NCBI GenBank assembly: GCA_038244685.1
Contig: JBBRTD010000001.1
Coordinates: 166,392 to 230,391 of the forward strand
Direction of reading: 5' to 3'
From: Minisyncoccia bacterium
GTDB lineage: Bacteria > Patescibacteriota > Minisyncoccia > Phycocordibacterales > UBA9973
Length of the DNA: 64,000 nucleotides
Of this stretch, positions 9,910 to 19,591 are shown piece by piece. Position 1 is the first letter of the stretch. Each line of letters begins with the position of its first letter. Position numbers and translations under genes: made by a program. The notes beneath the pieces were generated by a model. That model ran no database searches, was not told where the DNA came from, and worked only from the letters and a program-made list of their open reading frames with translations.

Positions 9910-11547
9910 CTAAGACAATAAAGTTTTTATTCTCGCTTTAATATTTTCATAAACAAGACTTAATCTTTGTTGAGCAATCAATGTTAATTGAGCAGTATGA
10001 CCAACCGCGTTCCTCATGGGTTTATATTCAACTGAATCTCTTACCAAAGAATTGGTATTGGGTCGATTCACAGAACCATCAACAACTCTTGCAAGAAAAT
10101 CCATCCCCAAATAATCTAAATTATCTCTTTTTTCTCTAATTTTAAAACTAATATTTGCCTCTCCCATACGTACTTGTTCTCTTGCTTTCCATTCATCTAT
10201 TTCCACCTGTGCTGGATTAGTTAGCGGAATTTTTTGCTCTCTGATATATCTTCTTACTAAATTTTCAGACAAAAAACAATCAACATATGAGGGTATATTA
10301 AACTCTGCATCAGGTCTTAATTCTTTAACCCATAAATCAGTTGGACAATCCCCATCAACTTTATAATCTTTTGCAGAAAAATTAAATAGGCTAAGTGCTT
10401 TTCTTTGTTTTGTTATTATATCAATATCTCCATCTTCACCTATTTCAAGACGTAATTTATCCCATTCCTGACTTAAATTATTTAAAATTTTATCTTTTAA
10501 AACCTCAATTAACTCTTTAAACTTCTTATCTCCAGGGATTATACTTTCTCTGCTGGTTCCAAATCTATCACTATTTTTTGTATCATCAAGTTCATCATAA
10601 TGAATTTGTCCATAAAGATAACTAGCTATATGCCTTGTAGAAAAATCTGGGAGATGCCTCAAAATATCTCTTTCTCTTAATCTCCCATTAACAAATAAAT
10701 CAATTCCTGCTTTTTCCTCAGACCCAGAAACTTTTAAATATTTAGGTTTTTCTACTGTTGATATAAAACCACTAATATTTAAATCAGTTAAAATATTAAT
10801 ATGGTCTTTTTTCAAATTAAGTAATGTATCAATATATGGGTCTTTTATTTTATTAATTATCCATAAAAACTGCGACTTACTTGAAAGGTCTTTTAGGTCC
10901 TCAAGGGTTACCTTTTCACCATTAATAAATATATTAAAAGTAGGGTCTACTAATGAAAATCTAAAATACAAAGCAATTAATTTTTTTAAATAAGGTATTG
11001 TATTTCTTAGGTCTTCTTTTATATTATCAAATCTTATAATTGTTCCATGATTATGCTTTGGGGTATAATCATTAAATAATTCAATCTTAATTTTCCCAAG
11101 TGAATATTTATCTGGTTTTAAGTCACGCTTTATGGCTTTTGTAAGTTCTGAATTATCAATAACACCCCCAACATAATCCGTTTTAATAGTTTTAGATATT
11201 ACACTAACTTTATCAGCACAAGAAAGTAATGCTAATTTACCAATACCTTTAGCTCCTATGTATGGTCTTTTCTTTCCTGTAGATAACATACCGAACTCCT
11301 TTCTCTTAGAATAACCAACTTTTAGAAATTTACTTTTGAAATCAGTTGAATTCATTCCATCTCCATCATCTTTTATAATTAACAAACTATTATCAACATC
11401 AATCTTAATCCAAACATTGTTTGCATTCGCATCCCAAGAGTTGGAAATAGCTTCACCAAGAATGGTAATAAAGTTTCTATATAAATTTCTACCTAGATGA
11501 TTCAAGACACTCAAAGAAATTTCAAACTTAAATTTTTTATTTTTCAT
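9910..11547 (-). CDS. GHKL (MutL/MORC-like) ATPase with C-terminal HEPN-like domain
   Basis: GHKL motifs EAISNSWDA, DDGDGM, GAKGIGK, GT. C-terminus SENLVRRYI..RNAVGH (RxxxxH). Confidence 0.85.
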   Translation of the reverse strand: MKNKKFKFEISLSVLNHLGRNLYRNFITILGEAISNSWDANANNVWIKIDVDNSLLIIKDDGDGMNSTDFKSKFLKVGYSKRKEFGMLSTGKKRPYIGAKGIGKLALLSCADKVSVISKTIKTDYVGGVIDNSELTKAIKRDLKPDKYSLGKIKIELFNDYTPKHNHGTIIRFDNIKEDLRNTIPYLKKLIALYFRFSLVDPTFNIFINGEKVTLEDLKDLSSKSQFLWIINKIKDPYIDTLLNLKKDHINILTDLNISGFISTVEKPKYLKVSGSEEKAGIDLFVNGRLRERDILRHLPDFSTRHIASYLYGQIHYDELDDTKNSDRFGTSRESIIPGDKKFKELIEVLKDKILNNLSQEWDKLRLEIGEDGDIDIITKQRKALSLFNFSAKDYKVDGDCPTDLWVKELRPDAEFNIPSYVDCFLSENLVRRYIREQKIPLTNPAQVEIDEWKAREQVRMGEANISFKIREKRDNLDYLGMDFLARVVDGSVNRPNTNSLVRDSVEYKPMRNAVGHTAQLTLIAQQRLSLVYENIKARIKTLLS

Positions 11548-12604
11548 ATTGTTCTATATGATTTATAATACTTTTCCCGATAACCGATCCAAGTCTAACA
11601 GGAACAGCATTACCAATAAATTTTGCAACCTTACTCATTATGAGTGGTTCTGAAGAAGGAAAAAATTGATAGTTATCTGGAAATGTTTGGAAAATAGCTG
11701 CTTCTCTCAAACTAATAGCTCTGTCTTGTGTGGGATGTCCATATCTTCCATTACCTAAACCAACACATTGAGTTGTCATTGTTGGAGATGGTTCATCCCA
11801 ACGCATACGTCCATAAACAGAACCCATGTATGTTTTACCAGACTCCTTTTTGTGACAATCTAAGACTAGCTTTTTATTCCAACTATGAGCATCCCCACCA
11901 TTGTGTGGAGTAGCTTTAATTCTTTCTAAGTTAATTGGTGCTAATTTTCTAGCCCTGTGCAATGGGTCTTTTTTGCTAACTTGTCCATCTTTTAAAGGTT
12001 CTAAATGTTTTATAACATCTCTTACTGTAACCTTTTTATCTTTGTGAGTTCTTTTTATTAATTGTATTTCTCCAAGTTTTGAGGCTAGTAAAACAAGTCT
12101 TCTTCTTTTTTGAGGAACACCAAATTCAGATACATCTACAACCTCATATTTATATTTATACCCATTATCTTTTAGTGTTTGTATAAAATTTGTAAAGGAA
12201 GGATACTTATTCTCAACAGCAAGATTGGCTACATTTTCCATAGAAACAATATCGGGTTGAGTTTCTGCTATTAGTTGTGCAAATTTTTCTAATGGTTCTA
12301 ATTGTTTTTCTGTAATATCATTAAGATTTAATTTAGAATACGGCTGACATGGGGCGCAACCCGCTAAAACTCTAATTATTCCTTTTTCTTTTCCAAACAA
12401 ATTGTTTATGTCATTAGCTGTAACTTTCAAAATATCATTATCAATAAATTGAGTTTTATTATTGTATTCATAACCATACTTACAAGTTGAGTCGTTATCA
12501 ATACCGGCAACAACATCAAGACCTTCTTTAATAAGTCCGTGTGTTAAGCCTCCAATACCACAAAATAGATCAATAACTTTAATCTTAGAATTATTTTTTT
12601 TCAT
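11537..12604 (-). CDS. dcm: DNA (cytosine-5) methyltransferase
   Basis: Motif I DLFCGIGG, IV GCAPCQPYS, VI MENV, VIII PQKRRR, IX RAISLREAA..QTFP, X IGNAVP. Confidence 0.95.
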   Translation of the reverse strand: MKKNNSKIKVIDLFCGIGGLTHGLIKEGLDVVAGIDNDSTCKYGYEYNNKTQFIDNDILKVTANDINNLFGKEKGIIRVLAGCAPCQPYSKLNLNDITEKQLEPLEKFAQLIAETQPDIVSMENVANLAVENKYPSFTNFIQTLKDNGYKYKYEVVDVSEFGVPQKRRRLVLLASKLGEIQLIKRTHKDKKVTVRDVIKHLEPLKDGQVSKKDPLHRARKLAPINLERIKATPHNGGDAHSWNKKLVLDCHKKESGKTYMGSVYGRMRWDEPSPTMTTQCVGLGNGRYGHPTQDRAISLREAAIFQTFPDNYQFFPSSEPLIMSKVAKFIGNAVPVRLGSVIGKSIINHIEQYEK

Positions 12605-12859
12605 ATCGCTTTTTATATTATACTTTACAATTTACTTATCTCAAACAGTCTAACTTTTAGAGTTGTGATATATTGGGAGTATTGTTATCTTGGGTTAGCA
12701 TTAGCTACAGGCAACAAAGAACTCTTATTAAAAACGTTATTTTTACTAACAGTCGAAATTTTAATCACCACGATAAAAAATATCAAAAAAAGAAATAATT
12801 TACTAAAAATAACATTGATAAATAAGGGTTTAATGCTAGCCCAAGATAACAAAAAATGC

Positions 12860-12888
12860 TTGACTTTTATATCTAGATATGATAGAAT
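12860..12888 (+). promoter_or_regulatory. Sigma70 promoter driving a putative structured RNA
   Basis: TTGACT-17-TAGAAT with TG extension. Confidence 0.7.
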
Positions 12889-12894
12889 GTAACT

Positions 12895-13066
12895 GTATCG
12901 GTAAGATACCACAGGAGTTTGATTATTAGCTAAGCATTAGGTTTGTTGGTTTTGTAAGGCTCTAGTCACTGGTGCTTGCGGGGTTGAAAAACTCTGCAAC
13001 AGCAGGGTTTCGGTAAAAAGAAATTTTTATCTAGACCCACAAGCTCCTGTGATTGGAGCTTTTTTT
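12895..13066 (+). ncRNA. Putative structured ncRNA / attenuator-like leader (unassigned family)
   Basis: 12-bp closing helix 12910-12921/13040-13051, two GAAA-capped hairpins with G.U pairs, and an overlapping terminator AAGCTCC/GGAGCTT+T-tract. Confidence 0.6.
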
Positions 13067-13252
13067 GTTCCCTAAACTAAATAATGAGATAGTAAATAAC
13101 TAGTTTGAAGTATATTGTCTGTTTAATACCAAAATATTTTTGATGTTAAACAGACAATACTATAGCTCTACAATTAAGAGCAAGGTCGTTTATGGTATTG
13201 TCTCGCTATTCAGTCGGAATAGAAGTATCGTTCTGTAATTATTAAATCATAT

Positions 13253-13408
13253 ATGACTTCAATAATTTGCAGGCCATTCATTACCCTTCGTAATGGAAAA
13301 ATACTTTATGCCAGCTCTGTTGGTAAAAAAGCTTTCTGTTTTGAGGTTGATGAAGAGCGCCCTAAAAAAGCAAAAGGCTCACCTATTAAAGATGAGTCTA
13401 AAGCTTAA
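13253..13408 (+). CDS. Small protein (51 aa) MTSIICRPFITLRNGKILYASSVGKKAFCFEV..., missed by the ORF track
   Basis: Translated by hand. Followed by hairpin ATCAACACCTA/TAGGTGTTGAT (~13447-13475). Confidence 0.65.
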   Translation: MTSIICRPFITLRNGKILYASSVGKKAFCFEVDEERPKKAKGSPIKDESKA

Positions 13409-14006
13409 ACTTTTTGTTTCTAAAATAAATTCGTATAAATTTATTTATCAACACCTATTCAAACTAGGTGTTGATTTTATTTCACCAACTTAAAAGTTGG
13501 ACAGAGCTTCTTGTGCGAAAAAAACACAGAATAAGAAAATCTGTTCAAACTTCAAGATAAATGATAATAATAATTTCCCATAAATTTCCCTAACATTTTT
13601 TGTCTCTATAATTATAACCCTTTTGATAAAAAAAGACCATAACTGTGGATATCCATATGTGTGGCACATACTAACATACAGTTATAATTGAGTCAATAAT
13701 ACCAAGTATGCCGCCTTTTTCTAGATACTAATTCAATACCCTTATTGTGACCCCTTAATCAATAATATATTGAGCATTTTTAAGCATATAAATTACTATT
13801 TTCTGGATCAGAAAAGAATTGATACCACTGATAAATAAAGGATTTAACGGAGTTCAGTAGATTTCGGTCTATCTCCACAACTCAAACATCCTTATTATAT
13901 AAGGATGTTTTTGGTATAGACGTAAGAGATATTGAACAAAAAAATTTGACAATCTAACAAACAAAAAAGCTCATCGAAATGAACTTTTTCGATGAGCAAT
14001 AATTTT

Positions 14007-14657
14007 TTAAAATTTGTAACCAAGACACAACAATGGTTGAACCTTTTCCTCACGGAAAAGGATGTCACCTTGTAAATAGAAATTCTTAGGAAGTTGTTGT
14101 ATAAAACCAATAGCAGAATAGAACTTATGAGTCAAAAGATTATTATACCAACCTGATAACCTTAAAGTTCCTCCTTTGTAAATTTCCTTTACTGTTCTTA
14201 ATCTAAATACGAATTGGTCCGATTTTAGTTTGTCATAGTAACAATACATAGGTGCAATGTCTATCTGCATAAATGAAGTATTAAAATTCCAGATAGTATA
14301 AGGACACCAATACGACGAATTTTTATCGTTATCAAAGAATCCATACTCTATGGCACTATATAGTGATATATTCTTTGAAATATTTCCAGACCAATAACAA
14401 TCAAGAAATCCAATTCGTCCATTACCACTTTTCTGAAAGTCATCAAGACGATAGGCACCCACACCAAAACCTGTTTCCTTGTGTTGAATATCTACCATAT
14501 AATAGGTAGACCAATTATTTGATGTTTTCAAACCAAAGAGTGGAGCAAAACCTGTTCCAGTTCTTAAATCTCCAGTGAGATTAAATTTGCTATTATCCTG
14601 TGCAGAAACACAAAGGCATAGACCAAGAAAAGAAATTAATACTACAAATTTTTTCAT
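14007..14657 (-). CDS. Secreted beta-barrel-like hypothetical protein
   Basis: Signal peptide ending VSA-Q, aromatic amphipathic strands, C-terminal LGYKF. Confidence 0.7.
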   Translation of the reverse strand: MKKFVVLISFLGLCLCVSAQDNSKFNLTGDLRTGTGFAPLFGLKTSNNWSTYYMVDIQHKETGFGVGAYRLDDFQKSGNGRIGFLDCYWSGNISKNISLYSAIEYGFFDNDKNSSYWCPYTIWNFNTSFMQIDIAPMYCYYDKLKSDQFVFRLRTVKEIYKGGTLRLSGWYNNLLTHKFYSAIGFIQQLPKNFYLQGDILFREEKVQPLLCLGYKF

Positions 14658-14782
14658 TTTTATGATTTTTTTGGGAAGTAAATAAATAGATTGATTTTCT
14701 AAATTTCCATAAATAAAGAAACTTGGAAAATCAATCTAATTTTCGCTTCTAAACCAAATATCAAAGAACTTAATACTTCTAT

Positions 14783-14811
14783 AGTATATCATACTATAGC
14801 ACTTATGTCAA
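14783..14811 (-). promoter_or_regulatory. Sigma70 promoter for the beta-barrel-like gene
   Basis: Minus strand TTGACA-17-TATACT. Confidence 0.7.
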
Positions 14812-14915
14812 TAAGACAAAATATATCTAGTTCTATCATTGTGTCTCTGTAAAAATCAATCTAGCTAACATTTTCAACGTATATTTTGAAGTTTATTGTT
14901 TGGGCGTACAAGTGA

Positions 14916-15001
14916 TGGCAGGAATCGAAAGACACAGGTCGACTCGAGATTTTTCAGGAGAAAAATACTTGTGATAGATACGTGCACTCAAGGTCCCGCC
15001 A
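14916..15001. repeat. Palindromic element copy with tRNA-end-like termini
   Basis: Begins TGGCAGGAATCGAA and ends GGTCCCGCCA. Central ATTTTTC-agga-GAAAAAT hairpin resembles those at 23801 and 28227. Confidence 0.5.
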
Positions 15002-15042
15002 CCTTTTTATTCCATCTTGCTTTTGTGCTACTATATAAGCAC

Positions 15043-16053
15043 ATGCAGGAAGGAATGAATAAAGAAGAATACACAAGAGTCTCCTTCACCTCAAATTTAG
15101 AAAAGGCTGATGGATCTTTCGAATCTTATTACGTCAAACTTGATAAAGATGGTAAGCCACCGTTAGTTGTTTTTGAAGATATAGATAAAACATTACTTCA
15201 TCTAGAACCTACCTATATTGAAATTCGTAAAATGATGTGGCCTGATGCTGTAGCATTAGATGGAATAGAAGAAGTAAGTCGAGTTCATTTAGCTGGTTTT
15301 AGATTGGGAACAATGTGGCGTGAATTATATAGAATGCACGCTATATATAATTTAGGAAAAATTGAATGGAAAGACGGAGAATTATATGAAAAAGAATTTC
15401 TTGCCCCTGGTATGGAAGGTGAACATATAGATGAACCCAATGATAAATTTCACGAGGAGTGTGATGTATACTTAAATAATTTTGACGAAATCGCAGCCGA
15501 AACAGTAGAAAAACAAGCCAAAGAAAATCCAAATTTCTTTGAGGAATCAAAAATAAAATCTATGTATAAACTAAATACTTTATACAAAAGATCCGGAGTT
15601 GTCATTGTTGGTATGACAGCCAACCCAAAGAGATTCGCAAATGCACTTTGTAAATACGCAGGACTAGGAGAATTTTTTATTGACTGCGCTACAGATACTG
15701 ACGTACCAGGCACAAAAGAATATAAAATGTTGTGGCTTATAAATAAACTAGAAGAAATGGGAATTCAAATTCCCTATGACAAAATACTTGTTATTGGAGA
15801 CTCCCCTGTCGGAGATGCAGGAAGTGCAGAAAGACTTGCTGTTCTACTCAAAGAAAAATTCCCAGAATTCCAAGCTTCGGGTATTGTTATTATTCAAAAT
15901 GAAGAAGAAGGAATAATTGCAGCAGAAAAACTGAAAGATACTACTCATATTAAAAAGAGTACCTTTAACACCGAAAACGTTCCACTTGATGAAAGCGGTA
16001 ATCCAAATCTCGTATCGAAAAACCGTGATGAATTTTATACTGAATTAAATTAA
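15043..16053 (+). CDS. HAD-superfamily hydrolase-like protein
   Basis: VVFEDIDKTL (DxD-type), MTAN, K, VIGDSPVGD. Start moved to MQEG. Confidence 0.75.
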   Translation: MQEGMNKEEYTRVSFTSNLEKADGSFESYYVKLDKDGKPPLVVFEDIDKTLLHLEPTYIEIRKMMWPDAVALDGIEEVSRVHLAGFRLGTMWRELYRMHAIYNLGKIEWKDGELYEKEFLAPGMEGEHIDEPNDKFHEECDVYLNNFDEIAAETVEKQAKENPNFFEESKIKSMYKLNTLYKRSGVVIVGMTANPKRFANALCKYAGLGEFFIDCATDTDVPGTKEYKMLWLINKLEEMGIQIPYDKILVIGDSPVGDAGSAERLAVLLKEKFPEFQASGIVIIQNEEEGIIAAEKLKDTTHIKKSTFNTENVPLDESGNPNLVSKNRDEFYTELN

Positions 16054-16101
16054 CAGAAAAAATAAAAAACCAAAGCTGGACTAATTTAAAATAATTAGCC
16101 G

Positions 16102-16311
16102 CTATACGTTAGGAGTCTTTTCCCATGTTTCCATAAATGTATCATTCCATTTATCTTTTTCAGATTGAGGCATTTTATCCATATCATCCAACATTTCTGG
16201 GTGACTTTTTTTAACATGATCCATTCCTTTATCAATCATCTCTTTTGGGGTACTCGCAATTACCGCAAAGTCGCAAGGACCACCCATTTGTTTACAAGTT
16301 ATTGTTTTCAT
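16102..16311 (-). CDS. DUF1059-like small metal-binding protein
   Basis: MKTITCKQMGGPCD..H....H pattern. Confidence 0.8.
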   Translation of the reverse strand: MKTITCKQMGGPCDFAVIASTPKEMIDKGMDHVKKSHPEMLDDMDKMPQSEKDKWNDTFMETWEKTPNV

Positions 16312-16404
16312 ATATTTATATAGATTTAAATTTTTAATAAAAATCGACCTTTGTTTTATTTTAATAAATGATTATGAATTTATGATGAATAATATTCAGG
16401 CCGC

Positions 16405-16433
16405 TTGACTCATACCCCCAGGGGGTATATACT
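16405..16433 (+). promoter_or_regulatory. Promoter with CsoR-type operator in the spacer
   Basis: TTGACT-17-TATACT. Palindrome ATACCCCC-A-GGGGGTAT at 16412-16428. Confidence 0.9.
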
Positions 16434-16439
16434 TTGCTT

Positions 16440-16700
16440 ATGAATAATAAACAAAAATTAATACGTCGTCTTAAAATTATTGAAGGCCAAATAAGAGGTT
16501 TACAAGTAATGGTAGAAAATGATCAATATTGTATTGATATCATTACTCAAACTTCCGCGGTTAAACAAGGACTCTCTGGAGTAGAAGATGCTCTCATGGA
16601 AAGTCACCTAGGAACTTGCTTGGTACACCAAATCCAAAAAGGCCAAACAAAAAAGGCCACAGAAGAAATACTAAAAGTATACGGCCTTAAAAGAAAGTAA
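16440..16700 (+). CDS. csoR: CsoR-family copper-sensing repressor
   Basis: RRLKIIEGQIRGL, YCIDII, HLGTC (C-H-C ligands). Confidence 0.93.
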   Translation: MNNKQKLIRRLKIIEGQIRGLQVMVENDQYCIDIITQTSAVKQGLSGVEDALMESHLGTCLVHQIQKGQTKKATEEILKVYGLKRK

Positions 16701-16725
16701 TTTATAAATTTAATTTAAATAGTAT

Positions 16726-17286
16726 ATGAACAAAATTTCAACGTATTTAGCAGTTTCTTTAATGTTAATTATTTTTATTATTGGAATCGGTGCTGGTTAT
16801 TCATTCACTCCCCAATATTCCCTTTCAATGTATGACAAGAGCAGTATGGACCTCGGTCGGGCAGATAAATGGATAGATTTAAGATATATTAATGCCATGA
16901 TTGCACATCACAGAGGGGCAATACTTTTGGCAAAGCAAGCAGAACAAAGTCAAAGACCAGAAGTCCAAGCTTTGTCGAAAGAAATACAAAAAAATGAACC
17001 ATTGGCGATAGGTGAACTTTATGCCTGGAAAAAAAGTTGGTATGGAGACACAAAAAAAGTTACGGATCCAGAAGTTGCTAACCTTGGAAATTATAATGAA
17101 ACTTTTGATTTAAGATTTTTGAACGCTATTATAGCCCATCATAAAAATGGATTAGTAATGACAAATGAAATAAAAACCAAATCAAGTCGAAGTGAAATAC
17201 TAGATAATGCCAATGCAGTAGAAAAATTCTTAAATGACAGTGGTGAAATGCTTAAAGGGTGGAGAACTGCTTGGTATAACATTTAA
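16726..17286 (+). CDS. DUF305 (CopM-like) membrane-anchored protein
   Basis: Two MIAHH/IIAHH motifs and an N-terminal TM. Confidence 0.85.
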   Translation: MNKISTYLAVSLMLIIFIIGIGAGYSFTPQYSLSMYDKSSMDLGRADKWIDLRYINAMIAHHRGAILLAKQAEQSQRPEVQALSKEIQKNEPLAIGELYAWKKSWYGDTKKVTDPEVANLGNYNETFDLRFLNAIIAHHKNGLVMTNEIKTKSSRSEILDNANAVEKFLNDSGEMLKGWRTAWYNI

Positions 17287-17288
17287 AT

Positions 17289-19589
17289 ATGACAAATACA
17301 ATCTTTAAAATTAAAGGGATGCACTGCGCTAGTTGCTCTGCTATCATCACAAAAAAAATATCTAAACTAGACGGTGTTAATAATATTGATATTAATTTTG
17401 CGACAGAAAAAGCAAATGTTGATTTTGATGGAGAAAGGGTTAGCTTAGAAAGAATGAATAATGCGGTTGAAAAATTAGGATACTCTCTTTCTGAAATATA
17501 CGAAAACTCAAAGAATAATAATTCTATGTCAAAAATGGACATGGTAGGTATGGACCATAGTGAACATCTTGGTTTATCGTTATCTAAGAATGAAAAAGAA
17601 AAAGAATTAAATGAGCAAAAATCCAAAACCCAATTTGTTTTACCAATGGCATTATTTATTTTTGTAATTATGATGTGGGATATAACTTCTAAAACATTTT
17701 CTTTTATTCCAAACTTACCAATCCCTATGGAATTATTTAATATCATTTCCATGGTTCTTTCTACTGTTGTTTTATTTTGGATTGGCATGCCATTTATTTT
17801 AAGTGTAGCTCGGTTTGTTAAATATAGAGTTGCTAATATGGATACTCTTATAGGTATAGGCACACTTACTGCATATATTTACAGTACTATTATTACCCTC
17901 TTCCCTCAAATACAGGCGGCAATGAGATTGCCAGAATATACATATTTTGATGTAGTAATTGTTGTTATTGGTTTTATTACATTAGGTAAATACTTAGAAG
18001 CTCGATCGAAACAAAAAACTGGCGAGGCTATAGAAAAATTATTAGAGCTCCAAGCCAAAACTGCCCTTGTAATTCGAAATGGAAAAGAAATAGAAATTTC
18101 TATTAGTGATGTCATTATCGGAGATATAATAATTGTTAAACCAGGAGCAAAAATTCCTGTTGATGGAAAAATAACAGAAGGTTCTACTTCTATAGATGAA
18201 TCAATGATAACAGGAGAATCTATTCCTGTAGATAAAAAAGTGGGAGACCTCGTCATAGGAGCTACAATAAATAAACAAGGAAGTATCCGCCTTGAGGCAA
18301 CAAAGATTGGAGGCGAAACAATGCTTGCACAGATAATTAAAATGGTGGAAGAAGCCCAAGGTAGTCGTGCTCCAATACAAGCCATGGCAGATAAAATATC
18401 TAGTGTTTTTGTTCCAATAGTCCTAATAATTGCCCTTCTTACTCTTCTGGTGTGGCTATTTGTAGGAATACCAACAATTGGTTCGTCTCTCGCTATATCT
18501 TATGGAATACTATCTTTCGTGGGTATTTTAGTTATAGCTTGTCCTTGTGCTCTTGGACTTGCTACTCCAACAGCAATCATTGTCGGTGTAGGTAAAGGGG
18601 CCATCCACGGAATACTAATTAAAAATGCTGAAAGTTTAGAATTATTAAGTAAGGTAGATACTATCGTTCTTGATAAAACCGGAACAATTACAAAAGGTCT
18701 TCCTTCTGTTACGGATATTATAGTTTTAGATAAATCATTTGATGAAAATGAAATATTAAAATTGGCCGGAAGTGTAGAAAAGCTCTCTGAGCATCCTCTG
18801 GCACAATCAATAGCTCTAGGTGCAATATCAAAAAACATATCTCTTTTAAGTGCAACTGATTTTATTTCTCTTGAAGGTGTGGGGGTGAAAGCTACAGTTT
18901 TAAATAAAAATATTTATATTCACAAACCAGAACTAAATGATTCTGATGTGAAGCTCGTTTCACTTCAAGAACAAGGAAAAACTGTTGTGGTTGTAGAAGT
19001 AGACAATAAAAGAATTGGCCTAATTGCTCTTTCTGACACAATTAAAGATGAGGCATTAGAAGCAATATATAACCTACACAAAAAAGGAATTCGGGTAGTA
19101 ATGTTAACGGGAGATAATCATTTAGCAGCAAAATTCATTGCTAAACAGGTAAACATAGATGATGTTAGATCAGAAGTATTACCAAATGAAAAAGGAGGTA
19201 TTATAAAGTCATTACAAGAAGAAGGAAAAATCGTTGCAATGGCGGGAGATGGTATAAATGACGCTCCAGCATTAGCACAAGCAAATGTGGGTATTGCTAT
19301 GGCTACAGGATCAGACATTGCAATTGAGTCAGCAGGAATCGCATTATTAGGTGGTGACATTCGTAAGATTGCGCAAGCTATTGATTTATCAAAAGCTACA
19401 ATGAGAACAATCAAACAAAATCTTTTCTGGGCTTTTATTTATAACGTTGTTGGAATCCCCGTGGCAGCTGGAGTCCTCTACCCTATTTGGGGAATTGTTC
19501 TTAATCCTATCTTTGCTGGTATGGCAATGGCATTATCAAGTGTTTCTGTCGTCGGAAATTCACTTAGATTAAAAACTAAAAAAATATAG
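17289..19589 (+). CDS. copA: Cu(I)-translocating P1B ATPase
   Basis: [36 protein letters not shown]. Confidence 0.96.
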   Translation: MTNTIFKIKGMHCASCSAIITKKISKLDGVNNIDINFATEKANVDFDGERVSLERMNNAVEKLGYSLSEIYENSKNNNSMSKMDMVGMDHSEHLGLSLSKNEKEKELNEQKSKTQFVLPMALFIFVIMMWDITSKTFSFIPNLPIPMELFNIISMVLSTVVLFWIGMPFILSVARFVKYRVANMDTLIGIGTLTAYIYSTIITLFPQIQAAMRLPEYTYFDVVIVVIGFITLGKYLEARSKQKTGEAIEKLLELQAKTALVIRNGKEIEISISDVIIGDIIIVKPGAKIPVDGKITEGSTSIDESMITGESIPVDKKVGDLVIGATINKQGSIRLEATKIGGETMLAQIIKMVEEAQGSRAPIQAMADKISSVFVPIVLIIALLTLLVWLFVGIPTIGSSLAISYGILSFVGILVIACPCALGLATPTAIIVGVGKGAIHGILIKNAESLELLSKVDTIVLDKTGTITKGLPSVTDIIVLDKSFDENEILKLAGSVEKLSEHPLAQSIALGAISKNISLLSATDFISLEGVGVKATVLNKNIYIHKPELNDSDVKLVSLQEQGKTVVVVEVDNKRIGLIALSDTIKDEALEAIYNLHKKGIRVVMLTGDNHLAAKFIAKQVNIDDVRSEVLPNEKGGIIKSLQEEGKIVAMAGDGINDAPALAQANVGIAMATGSDIAIESAGIALLGGDIRKIAQAIDLSKATMRTIKQNLFWAFIYNVVGIPVAAGVLYPIWGIVLNPIFAGMAMALSSVSVVGNSLRLKTKKI

Positions 19590-19591
19590 TT

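Noticed and set aside
12895-13066. Retron msr-msd, SRP or 6S identity for the structured RNA
   Set aside because: No adjacent RT, no SRP helix-8 motif, and a multibranch rather than rod-shaped fold.
12665-14110. ORFs 12665-12892, 12685-12912, 13293-13493 and 13895-14110
   Set aside because: Low-complexity, AT-driven frames that overlap promoters or better-supported ORFs.
14896-15042. N-terminal extension of the HAD ORF, or a tRNA at 14916
   Set aside because: The extension is a translation of the palindromic element. Only a T-arm-like fragment is present, with no cloverleaf.
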